From: the human T2T-CHM13v2.0 reference genome, Homo sapiens
Direction: 5' to 3' (one strand)
Length of the DNA: 64,000 nt
NCBI RefSeq assembly: GCF_009914755.1
Contig: NC_060936.1
Under the pieces are notes generated by a model. The model was not told where the DNA came from and ran no database searches. It saw only the letters and a list, made by a program, of their open reading frames with translations. Each line of letters opens with the position of its first letter. Position 1 is the first letter of the stretch. Shown here in pieces: positions 23,901 through 36,880 of this stretch. A program made the position numbers and the translations under genes.

Positions 23901-26099
23901 AAACCATTTTGAAGTACCTACTGTGTGCCAAGCACTAGTCTACACTCTGGGGAAGCAAAGACACAATAATTTAGTCCAGACTGATTCACTGTGTGATCGT
24001 GGGCATTATCCTCTAGACTTTCTGGGTCTAATCATTAAAACAAGGGGTTGGAAAAATGACTCCCAAAGTTCTTTAAAGATGTAGGATTCTCAGACCTAAG
24101 TAGGATTCCTTGAACAAAGAGGAAAGGAATTTAAAAGTGTTGATAATGGGAAGATCTGGTTTCTCTTTGGGACGTATGTGTGCATGCACACCCGTGCTTT
24201 ACCTTGGGAAATGCCAGGATTAGAAATTCTTAAGGAAAGGTATATGCCTAAGCCTTAATTGATAATACTGCTTTGTGTGTGTGCTCTTTCCCTCCATCAT
24301 GCACAGGCACCCTAGGTTGAAGAACTTGGTGCAGGGGAACTGTCAGGCCCAACATCATTGCCCTTTTGCTTACACAAATGAAGCCATTCTCCTGGGCTCC
24401 TGCCTCACTGTTTCCCTGCACAATTGCTTTCAGAATTCTAATCATTCTTTTCCTCCATTAGGGAATTACATGATTTCATAGAAAGCTATGTGTCTTATCA
24501 CTTCTGGGAATACATCATGGGACCAAGAGGTCACACTGCACCATAGAACCCAACCCCTAGGCAAGAGGCTTACATTCCAGGCCTTGTAAAGATGACATTT
24601 AGTTTTGAGAGCTCTGGGGGCAGGTGGCAGGAAGGATCTGGAGAGGAAGTCAATAAGGTTGATGACACAAACCCTTAGAAAAATGTGGTGGCCCTCAAAC
24701 CAAGACCAATTTTTCAGCCATGGCCTGACCACCACTCCCCAGGACCTAGGTAGGCACCTTCAGAGCAGCTGACTTCCGGTTCAATTCCCTCTCCAGTGGC
24801 CAGCCACTTAAGAAGGCTCCCAGTATAGTAACAGTTAAGCATGAATTGCTTTGATTGTAGTATTGTCTAAAATCTTCACGTTTATTATTGACTCTCCAGG
24901 ACTGGGCACAGGGCATTGCACACAGTAACAGTTCAGAAAATACTCCTTGAAACAAAAATGAACAAATAAACAATAATCTGCAGAGACAGGAACTGGCAAC
25001 TCTTGACAGATGAGGAAACTAAAGCCTAAATCATCAAGAAACTTACCCCAAATCCTGCCATTACTAAGGGGCAGGGTTGAAATATCTAACTCCAAAGCCA
25101 CTGCTTTTAACTTTGACTCATTTGGACACGAGTGCTTAGCAGTTTACAAAACTAAACACAGAGTGTCTCATTCACTGCTCTAAGCAGGCCTGTGAGTAGT
25201 ACTGTTACCCCGTTTTACAGCTGAGGAAACAGGGTTAAGTGGTTTTCCCAGTGTCAAGAAGCTAGTAAGCCATACAGCCCGGAATTTCCTAACTCTACAA
25301 CCAGTGCTCCTTCTAGAATAATCCAACCACTTTGCCAGAAATAGACCCTGCGATTCCACTTCCTATTCCCATGGAGAACTACTTTGACCAACTATTTCCT
25401 GCTTATTCTATAGACTACATGTGACTACGGTCAAACACTCTGCAAGAGCAAGAGGTCACTGGGTCATGGCTTCCAGGGGCCTCTCAAAGGATGATGGTGA
25501 CTAATGGTTGCTGCCATGATCTGTACAGAGAATCCCAACACCAAAGCAACTCCATCCTTCCAAGCAAGGAAACAAGTCTCATCACACGCTCCTCCACTGA
25601 TAGCAGCAACAACAAAAAAATCATTCCCATGCTTTGCCCAGGGACCAGGGATAAGCCACTAACGTCACCAGCGGCCAATTGGAGGGCTCCTGCTGGTGCC
25701 GGGAGTACTAAGGCCGTTTCATAATGAAACCCATGCAGCGAGCTCCGTTTATTTTGAAACCGTATTTGCTTATTTTGTAGACGTGGTCAAAAGGACATTC
25801 AGAGGGCTCCCTGGGAGGCACTTGAACCCTGTGGGCCAGGAGAACTTTCTCCAGCTCCAGCAGCAGCCAGCAATAATACTCTCCGTGCAAGTAAACTCCA
25901 GCACTTGCTATTTCCCAACAGCAAGCACCATCCCCATTTTAGTCAGCTTCCCAGGTCTATGGCTGGTTTCAGGGGTGGGAAGGTGGAGAGGGAGAAGTAG
26001 GAGACAGGGTGGAGAGTGACAAAGAAATAGCCAGGCAAAGAGTTCCAGCTCTAAAATAATTTAGGATCCTGCTAGCAAATCAAGCAAAGCGACTTGAAT

Positions 26100-26290
26100 T
26101 TGGGCTCGTGAAATCAGACAGACATGGGTTCAAATCCCAACTCTACTCTTTACCACTGGATTACCTTGGGCAAATTACTTAGTTTTTCTGTGCCTCAGTT
26201 TCCCTATCTGTGAAATTATGTAAATAACAGTACCTACCTTGTAGAGTTGTTGTAAAGATTGAATTTAAGTGATAGCAGGCAAAAATATAA
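26100..26290 (+). mobile_element. MIR (representative of many copies, e.g. ~2060, 13920, 18200, 42320, 52420, 53820, 59090)
   Basis: gggttcaaatcccaactct...accttgggcaaattactt...tgcctcagtttccctatctgtgaaa MIR core. Confidence 0.75.
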
Positions 26291-26623
26291 AATACATATG
26301 AAATATGTATTGGTTGCTAAAAGTATTGTTATGGTGATGATTTTAGACTATGAGCTTCCTGAGGAGAGACACTGTATCTCAGTCATCTCATCTTACCCAG
26401 GGAGGAAGAACAATGCCCGGCATATAGTAGGAGATCAATAACTGCTTGTCGCATTTAATTGTTTGAACTGGACTTGGAGCTCAAGCAAAGAGACTCTTCC
26501 CCACCAGCCTGCCAGGTAGGAAGTGGCTGCCTTATTTCCAGGCTGCGGCTTGGAGCAGGTTAAGCCTCCATCCGGCTGCAAGACCCAGGCCCTGCATATC
26601 AATCGACGACGCAAGGGCTTTAC

Positions 26624-26689
26624 CTTAATATTGCAGTTGTCATCGAGCAGTATATTTTCCAGCTTCAAGTCCCGGTGGACCACACCGTT
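26624..26689 (-). CDS. NUAK1: NUAK1 exon 4 (NGVVHRDLKLENILLDDNCNIK; catalytic loop)
   Basis: HRDLKLEN motif in ORF 26435..26773; acceptor TTTCAG, donor GTAAAG; 66 nt, phase 0 to 0. Confidence 0.97.
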
Positions 26690-28456
26690 CTGAAATGAGA
26701 AGACAAAGAGGGAATTGAATGGGAGCGGCTGGGATGAGAACAAGAGAGAAAGAGGAAGGAGGAGGGTGAGCAAAGGGAAATGTCTGACAGATTAAAGAAA
26801 TGCACCAGCCCGGTGGTCTTCACCTCCATCCTTCAGGCTGCTCTCACTGTCTTGACGCTCCCCCGCCAGCGACCAACCAGCGACAGGAGAGCATTAGTCA
26901 CTTGCTGTGTGGTTAAGGGAAAAATGACTGGAATCTGTTCTCCCCCAGAGCCTGTAAAACAGCAGGGGGATTCTTTGTCGGAATGTAATTCCACTGTGTG
27001 AAAGCAATATAATCCCAGGCAGCAGCAAACAATGTCTGTCTGGACGGGATTCCCAGGGAAGAAGCAGATTTCTCTACTGGGGACTCAAGATTGTGGGGCT
27101 CACAGGCACTCCTCATCTGTCTGTCTGTGTGCCTGCCTGCCTACTCAACGCTGGAAAGACATCTGGCTCAATCTATTCCGACCTGTTTTGATCTGTCCTG
27201 AGGATAACATTTCCTAAGCAACCTGGAGAGAAGACTCAGAAAGTCCCTCTCTGCTCAGCAGGACTCAGGGTTGGGTGAAAGATGAAGCATGAGAGCAGAC
27301 CAATGAGACTGGGACCACTGGCCTGACCAAAGCAGGTGGCTGCCATCCTGCCTGACCTTTCCATTCAGGCAAACTCTGGCAAGGCTGGAGGCTGAACTTC
27401 AATGACCAGCAGCCAGCCAGCTGAAACGTGAAAAGCAGTCATCAGCCAATAGGCTGTCGGTCTACACAGCAGTAAACACTAGCCTTCTTCATTCTTTTTT
27501 AAGACCCGATTATCTTTTTAGGGGGTGGGTGGGCATGGGAAGAGCAGTGGGCCCGAAAGAACTGGCTATTTTGGGGTGAGTGGACAAGTAACAGGGGACA
27601 TTGAATGATTCTGAACATCATTCAGCATAAAGGACATCTGCAATCGAAGCTGCTCTTTTGAGCAAACCAACAGGCATGTTTATGGGTGGTTCTTTCTTGT
27701 TTATTTTCCTTTTCATTTGACCATTCTTAATATCTCCAAAAGCACTGCTCAGAGGGAGAAATGAAAACATGTATTTCTACTAATCTTTTTCTAATTCAAG
27801 CCTGCAATGAGGTCTTCTGAATTCAGAAATGCACAAAACCGAGTCTGTTAGAAGAAAGATGTGGACTACAAGACACCTGATTCCATTAATTTTAAACATC
27901 AGGAGCAGTTTGGTTTACATTGCTGCATTCCTGGTTTTTGTAATAAGATGGAATGAGTCTAATAAAGCCTCATTCATACAGAATCCAAGTGTTCACACAC
28001 TTCCAATATCAAAAATATCACCTCTGTGGTGATTTACAATGATACCTCATGATGAAATACAAAATATTATACGATTCAAATCATGAGCACATTTTGAGTC
28101 AACAAAGAGAGGTCAAATAATGTTCACATGAGTTAAGGGTTTTAGATTTGAGTAACTGTTCTCTAATTACTTACAGAGCCACTCTCAATTAAACATAATA
28201 TTTAACAAACCAGGAGGCCCCATGTTGAGATCATTTATATGAAGAAGTTGACTCTGTTTTGGATGCCCTGTTGGACTCAAGTCACGTTATCCTCAAAGTA
28301 AATGACTGTTTAGGGTGTGACAGATCTGGAGAAAGTCTGAATGAGATGAAATTCATGGCCAAAGTGATGAATAACAATAATGGCTGAGACATGGCTTGTA
28401 GTTATCTGTGTACTTTATGCCTTTTCCAGAAACCAAGAGTGGCTCTACTGTGGCTA

Positions 28457-28764
28457 TATTATTATTGTTATTATTATTATTTTGGAGATGGGGTCTCACT
28501 TTGTCATCCAGGCTGGAGAGCAGTGGCACCATCATAGCTCACTACAGCCCCAAACTGCTGTGCTCAAGGGATCCTCCTGTCTCAGCCTCCCAAACAGCTG
28601 GGACTACAGGTGCGCAACCTCATGCCTGGCTACTTTTTAAAAAAAATTTTAAAGATGGATCTTGCTATGTTGCCCTGGCTGGTCTTGAACTCCTGGGCTC
28701 AAGCAATCCTCCCCCCTCAGCCTCCCAACTAGCTTGGATTATAGGCATGAGCCTGTCTGCGGCC
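28457..28764 (-). mobile_element. AluJ with (TTA)n tail
   Basis: AluJ-type segments catcatagctcactacagcc and ctcctgggctcaagcaatcctccc. Confidence 0.9.
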
Positions 28765-29493
28765 ATCTTCTGAGCACATCCGTGCATGTAGGTAACCTAT
28801 GCAAGAAAAGGCACCAAGAGCATAGAAAGGTTTCAAGAACATTTCTCCTAGTAATTCTACTTCTGGAATCTCTCTTAAGTAAATTATTCACATGAGAGGA
28901 AAATATTCATATATAAAGATACTGATCACTATTTGTCATAATCAGAAATTAGAAACAGTCTCAATGTCCAACAATCAAGAATTACAAAGAATTTTTAATA
29001 ATATAGGAAAATATTTAGATTAAAGTATTAAGTAAAAAAGCATGACACAAACGATGTAAAAATGAATCCACCGTGGTACCCTAGATTGGATGCTGGAACA
29101 GAAAAAGGTCATTGGTGTCTCCATTTTGACAAATGTACCACAGAAATGTAAGATGTTAATATTAGGGTAAACTAAGAAAGGCATAGATAGGAACTCTCTG
29201 TACTACCTTTGAAACTTTCCTGTAAATCTAAAATTATTCAAAATTAAAAGTTTACATAAAAAAATAAATGTGAGAAGGAGGAGGAAGAAGACTGAAAGGA
29301 AACAAGCAAAAATGTCAAAAATAGATTATCCCTGGATTCCAGAATCACGGGTGATGGTAATTTTCTTCTTTCTAGTTCATAAATTCTCCATACATGCTCC
29401 CATGAACAGATATCACTTTTATAATAGGAAAAAAATCATGCAGTGCCATAAAAACCATCTACGGCCAAAGCTGCGGGCCAGGCGCAGCCATAC

Positions 29494-29645
29494 CTTGTGA
29501 CAATAGTGCACAGCAGAGACGATCTGCCGGAAGAAGTGCCGGGTCTCCCTCTCACTGAGGCGTCGCCGCTCACTGATGTAATCGTACAGCTCCCCTTTGC
29601 TGGCATATTCCATGATGATCACAATCTTATCTTTGTTCTCAAACA
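29494..29645 (-). CDS. NUAK1: NUAK1 exon 3 ([51 protein letters not shown])
   Basis: Lies within ORF 29419..29676; kinase hinge MEYA; acceptor CTCTGCAG, donor GTATGG; 152 nt, phase 1 to 0. Confidence 0.97.
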
Positions 29646-32269
29646 CTGCAGAGGGAAAACAGCAATACACAAACACCCCGTTTAGCCAACAAGCTCACTT
29701 ATGCTACAGAGAATGCGAGAGAGGACAACGGAGATGTCGCCAGGCAGAGGATCGACTGATGGGTCAGAACACAAATCAGCCAATTCAGCATCACGAGGCG
29801 TGGGGCGTGCTGTCCCGCCAGGTGGAAAATGGTGTGTGTCACCACCACTGTTCCTGGACACGCCTTTGTCATGCTAAGGGAAATGTGGTTCCCTTTTCTG
29901 AGGACCCCACTTTCCTTGTCAAGATCATTTCTCATACCCTCTCCCAGAACGGCTTTCCTGTAGACAGGATGATGGGTAACAACAAACACAACCAATAATT
30001 TATTAACCACTGGATACGGACCAGGTAGCCGGCCCTGACAGAGCTACTCTGACCCCAAAATGGGTGCTCAATCTTGTCATCTCTTTATAACTTCCCATCT
30101 CAGGCAAATAAAACCCAAAGCTTTTAATGTGGCCCACCAAGTCGTGCACGATCCCATGGGCCCCTCTCAGCCCTACTACACACCCATTCCATGTATTTAT
30201 TTATTCTGTCTCCCCCAGTCAAATGTAAAAGGGGGTTGTCCTGTTTCACTCACTGGTGTATCCTCAGCACCCAGAACAGTATTTGGCACAGAGTAACATA
30301 GTAGGAGCTCAGCTAATATTTATTAAATGAGTAAACTCAAACTACATAAAGGCATTTCTGAACATTAATAATAAATAACAATATAGCACTTACTGTGCAC
30401 CAAGTTTGTGTGTAAGGTTTTAAGTACCTCACATGTACTGACTCATTTAAACCCTATGACAAATAATCAGGGAAATATCTGTAATTTTACCATTTGAAAG
30501 ATGAAGGCACTGAGGCCTAGGGAGGTTAAGAAACTGGCACGGCCTGCAATCAGGCAGTTTGGCGTCAAAGATCAAGTGCAGAACTACCAGATGAGATGGC
30601 CTCCCAAAGAGCTGGCTGGAATCAGCAGGGCTCCAGTCCCCAGCATGGATGGGGAACTAATGCCGCAGGTTGCAGGGCCGCTGCTACTATGATCTCAAGC
30701 CGGTTCCCGGCCACCAGGTCCAGCCCCTTCTCACTCAACCTCCACACCACCAAGGAAACAGTCTTCCCAAATGCTTGTAAATGCTTCTTTCTACCCAATG
30801 CTGATGCTCTCTAGCCGTTATGTTCAAAGTCAGGGTTCCAGGCAGATGGCCAGGGACCCATGCAAGGAGGCAGGGAGAAGGGAGGCCACAAATGACAGGC
30901 TGTCCAAAGCCACTCCATTGCCACCTGTTTCATACTTTGGACTTTCACATAAGATGTCCTTTGAGCAAGGATAAAATAAGCAATATTTGTTTTGAAATCC
31001 ATCATCACTCTTAAGGGATATAGTACAAAAACCTTTGTAGGCTACCCAAGACCCTCCCTGAAGGTCCCCTGCCTACCTCCCTCCATCTCATCCACTTTTC
31101 TAACATTTCCATCAGGCCCCCTATGCCCAGCACCCTAATTCATTAGCCAAGACTGTGCTCATATGTGGTTTCCACAGCGCCCCTCCCACTGCACTAGTCA
31201 ATACTTGCCTCATAGCACGTGCAAACTGTGCAGGTTTATTTCTTGGTTTACATACCCAGGTCCTCTGCCTAGACGGACAGAGCTAAAAACTATAGTGTTG
31301 GAATGAGATACTCCTAGGGCTGTGTGATTCTAGGGATGTTGCTTGCCCTCTCTGGGCCTCAGTTTAGTCAACTACAAAACGTGAATAATATTAGCAAGTA
31401 CTTAGAACTGCTGGGAGGACTTATTGATACCAGTTTGTTCAATGTTTACAAGGCCTTCCCCTTACAGCATACACTCAATTATGTTAGCTATTATTGTTGC
31501 TATCAATATTAATTCATCCCCAGAGCCTAGCACCAAGGCAGACACACATTCAATGAAGAACTGAGTTGACCTGGAACCTACCCTAGGCCTGGGTCCCCTG
31601 TCCTCCCATACCTTGTTGCTGGCTGCTAGAAGCTCAGACCCCTCCAGTTCCTTTTTGGCTCCTTCAAGTCCAGCCAAACCTCCCTGATAAAATGAAGGGG
31701 GAAGGAGGAGGGTAGGGAGGAGGAGGAGGAGAGAACATCCAGATAAAATTGGCTGCTCCAGCGTCTGCTGGCCTCGGTGTACCCTGCAGCTTTGGCTCCT
31801 GCCAGGGATTTCAGCCTGTTGTGCACTTTTCATTAACAATAAACCTTGGAAACTGGAAACACCCCGACTGCCTCGGGATGCATGGCCCAGGCCCCAAAAA
31901 TGAAAGAGTGATAGGCCCTGGAGAGGGCAGCGGGTTTTCTAATTTTAAAAAGGAGGGATGTAGGAAGAAGGAAAGTACTTTGACAGGTAAATAAACAAGA
32001 AGACTCACACCCCAAAGAGTCTGGCACGTCTTTAAGGGAGCCAAAGCCTCTGGCCCTTCAGCGACTGTCGGGAGGTGTGAGCCACTTGCCTCACACAAAC
32101 AGAAGGGCTGTTTCAGTGGCTGGATTCTTCCCTCTCCAACTGGCTGATTTGGTATCAAGGAGACACAAACACAATTCGGTTCAATACAGTCCAATACACC
32201 AAATATTTTACTAAGCAGCTTCCATCAATCAGTCCTACTGATCCTGTCTCTACAATATATCCCGAGTCT

Positions 32270-32749
<480 letters not shown>

Positions 32750-34673
32750 TCAAACCCAAGCCAAACATTAATACTTGATGGTCCTCAGAGAGCCTGGTTT
32801 CCTTAACTCAGAGTTCTGCCAGTTGATTGGGCCATTTCAATCCTCCTATTGGCATCCAGAAGAACTCATATGGAGCCAGTTTGGGAAACACTGGATGAAT
32901 GAGATGATACCCGAGGGATAAAACTGGCCCCTCATTCTCTCAGGCAGGGCCAGTGAGCAATCTGGTCAGAGAACTGTCCGAGCAGCCAGGCCTGGCTCTG
33001 GGACACCATCCCCCAGTCCCCCATAGGAAGAAGCCCAAGTCTCACGGTCAAGGCCCTGTCACCTTAAATTAATTGAGAGCAAAGAAGATTTCTAGATTTC
33101 AAGCCTCAGTGTTTCATCAAGGAGGCCAGAGCTGTTACAGATGAAGCTTCTTGAAGCCTTTCTTAATAACAGCAAAATTTGCTGTAGGCTTACCATGTGC
33201 AGGCACCATGCTAATAATCATTCTGCATGAATTACATCATAAGGATTCGGTACTATGAGGATCCCCATTTTACAGATGAGAACACCTGGGGCGACAAGGT
33301 GAATAATAATTCCCATAACTACAAAGAGTACGAGGCATAGCCAGCACTGGGCCCAGCAGTCTGACTGCTACCCCCAAGCTCTCAGCCATTCCATTACTAC
33401 TCATATATATCAACCCCTCTGACCCTCCGCCTCCTCATCAGTCCAATGAGACTAGTAATTTCCTCACAGGTCTATCGCCCTCAGCACGGTGCCTCGGCCA
33501 GTGCTCAACGAATGGAAGCTGTGCTCATAATTACTTCATCAGCCACTTAGGCAGCTCTAGCAAAACAAAACCCTAAGACTTTCCTCTCCCTGCTGGCATC
33601 GCTCTTTAAAACATGTTGTGGCTGCCACAGAATCACAGGATTTTCGAGCAGGAAAGGACCTTAGAGATTGGGTGTTATTTTTCCAGAATAGTCCAGGATT
33701 TATAATGTATAAGAGCAAGGCCTTGGGAATTAATACTGAAGAATGAGCAGCTTCCACACCCTTGGCCCAACGCTCCTTTGCCCGTGCTTAAGGTCACTAT
33801 CTACAAGGTGACAGGGATACTCTTGGCCATTCTTCTAGCAAAAAAAGGCTGCTTCCCTTGGGCACTTTTACAACTGGTTATTTATAAGCCCAGAAATCTT
33901 GTCTGTGTTTATGTTATTAGTCACTAAGCAAAAGCTTATTTTCCACCAGTTGGGAAGGGTTTCCTTTCTGAAAAATGAAAGCCTGTGTCTCTTGGCCAGA
34001 CAGTTTTACCCAGAGGCCCGGTGGCTCCAGAATGGTAAGGAAAACTATGGCCCTTGACATGCCAGGCCTACCAGGAAAATTAAATCCCTGAATAGAAACT
34101 TAGCTCAGCCTGAGTCAGCCCACAGCACTGGGGCCATGGCCAGGTGGTGTACAGCCTGGTTTTTAGCACAGCAGAAAGCACCTACTATGCAGATGGCACT
34201 GGGGATACCGAAAGAAGACTTTTCCCAGTTTGGAGGGGAAGGAAAGGCAGGCCAGGTAGAAGGGTCAGCATGAGGAAGGGAACAGAGCAGAAACAGAACC
34301 GCCAGCAGCTGGCAGGGCCAGGGACTAGGAGGAGAGAAAGAAGACGGCGATGAATAAAACACAAGACCTTGAAAGCCCACAAGGAGCTGCAGGTGAGTCA
34401 CACAGGCAACCAAACATCGCCGAGAACAATCCAAGAGACAGGAGCAAGGCACAGGACAGCATCCAGGATCCTGGACCTGTGAAATTGTCTGGGGCTCAAT
34501 TTTTTCCAGGAGACTTCCCAGACAGGGATCTCTCCTTCCCTAGAAAGCTTGTAATAAGAATAGTTAATATTTATTGAACAGTTACTACATGTCATGGATT
34601 AAAACATTTATTCCTCACAATAATCTTATGAGATAGGGATCCATATTATCCCTACTTTATAAATAGGGAACCA

Positions 34674-34820
34674 AGCCGGGGATGGTGGCTCACACCTGAA
34701 ATCTCAGCACTTTGGAAGGCCGAGATGGGAGGATTGCTTGAGGCTGGGAGTTTGAGACCAACCTGGTCAACATAGCGAGACCTCATCTCTAAAACAAAAA
34801 ATAAAATAAATAAATAAATA
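34674..34820 (+). mobile_element. FLAM (free left Alu monomer)
   Basis: Left arm only with A-rich tail; TSD ataaatagggaacca / ataaatagggcacca. Confidence 0.85.
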
Positions 34821-34996
34821 GGGCACCAGCACTCACATCAAGAAACAATATTGCCAGCCCCCTGCAAGCACCCCTGCCATGCCCTCTTTCTGTCATTAAT
34901 CATCTCCCCAAAGATACAGATACACCAATACCATGAATATGAGGAATATGAACCAAAATCGTAGATGAGTTTTGAAGTTCTAAAAACTGGAGTCAT

Positions 34997-35267
34997 AGCC
35001 GGGCGTGGTGGCTCATGCCTGTAATCCCAGCACTTTGGGAGGCCGAGGCGGGTGGATCATGAGGTCAGGAGACCGAGACCAGCCTGGTCAACATGGTGAA
35101 ACCCCGTCTCTACTAAATATACAAAAAATTAGCTGGGCGTGGTAGTGGGCACCTGTAATCCCAGCTACTCAGGAGGTTGAGGGACAAGAATCGCTTGAAC
35201 CCAGGAGAAGGAGGTTGCAGTGAGCCAGCCTGGTGACAGAGCGAGACTCTGTCTCAAAAAAAAAAAA
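34997..35267 (+). mobile_element. AluS with ~21-nt right-arm deletion, inserted in an old L1 fragment
   Basis: gcagtgagcc|agcctgg junction lacks gagatcgcgccactgcactcc; followed by L1M-like ttatttatccattct...gacatttgggctgtttccag. Confidence 0.9.
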
Positions 35268-36553
35268 TGGAATCACGTAGTATACCTTCTTTTGTCATTA
35301 ATTCAACATGTTTGTGAGAATAATCTACGTTGCTCAATGTCGTCAAAGATTGTTCATTCTCATTGCTCTAGAGTACTCCATTATGTGAATGTATCGTGTG
35401 GTTTATTTATCCATTCTACTGTTGATAGACATTTGGGCTGTTTCCAGTTGAGGGTTGTTATGAATAGTATTACTGTGGATATCCTTGTGCATGTCTTTTG
35501 ATGCACATCTGTACGCATTTTTGTTGGGTAGATACCCAGCAAGATTGGATGGCAGATTTGTGCAACTCAAAAGCGCATGTTCTCGCCATGACTCTCCACC
35601 CCCTTCCTCCATCATACAGTTCTGCTTTTTGCATTACATCCAGTAAAGGTTCTCCTTCATTAAATGGAGCCAAACTTACTGATTTTTCTGAAATGGCTTT
35701 ATTATCAGCCGATTTGAGGCATTTATCTGGGCATTTTGGTACATGTTAAAGGGAATACAAAAGAGGAGAAGGCACAGTCATTAACCCCAAGGAGTTGCTT
35801 TCGAGTTGGAAATGACCAGTACTTAAAAAATAATTCAAGAGCTAACCTGTACAGTACAGACTTTAAGTACCTGGACAATCAGAAAGATCAGTGAGGTCAG
35901 CCAGAAGGGGCCTGAAAAGATTTCTAGAAAAAGCAGGCATGGAACTGAACCACCCAAAATGACCTGGGTTTTGCTTTTGAGATAGTTTCACCATTGTTTC
36001 AACATATCCTAAAATACCCGAACTCTCCTTTTTCTTTGACTATTCCACTGGCAGGCCTTCCTTCTTCCCAGACACCAACTTAAATTATTTTTCTTGTTTG
36101 CTGTTTATTTTCCATTTCAAAGGATAGTAGGGATTGGTTGCTATAGCAACAGCTACTTCTCCACATTAATCCTGAATTTCATCAGATGTTCGGTTTGACA
36201 GTCCCGTTCTGCCCTCTGATCATCTGGTTTTCACAACCAGGCTAATGACCCAGCTCCCAGAGACTGCCTCCTGCAGCTCTCGAGGTTAACAACACAACTT
36301 GTAGAACTTGAGAAAATGTGTATTATAAAAACAGTGCTCTGGTCTGAGGGAAACGCTGATGAGTGAGGAGATCCTGGGATTTTAAGCATCCACTGGCCAC
36401 GTGACAGCCGAATATACTGGACTGTTTTGGAAGAAAGAAGCCTGGAAAGCAGAGAGGATGAGGATGAATTTACAGGATGCCCCAGGAAGGGTCAGTTTTT
36501 AAAAAGGGACAATTTCTTTCTGTAACCTCCAGGGAGGAAGAGTCTTTTGTTGA

Positions 36554-36880
<327 letters not shown>

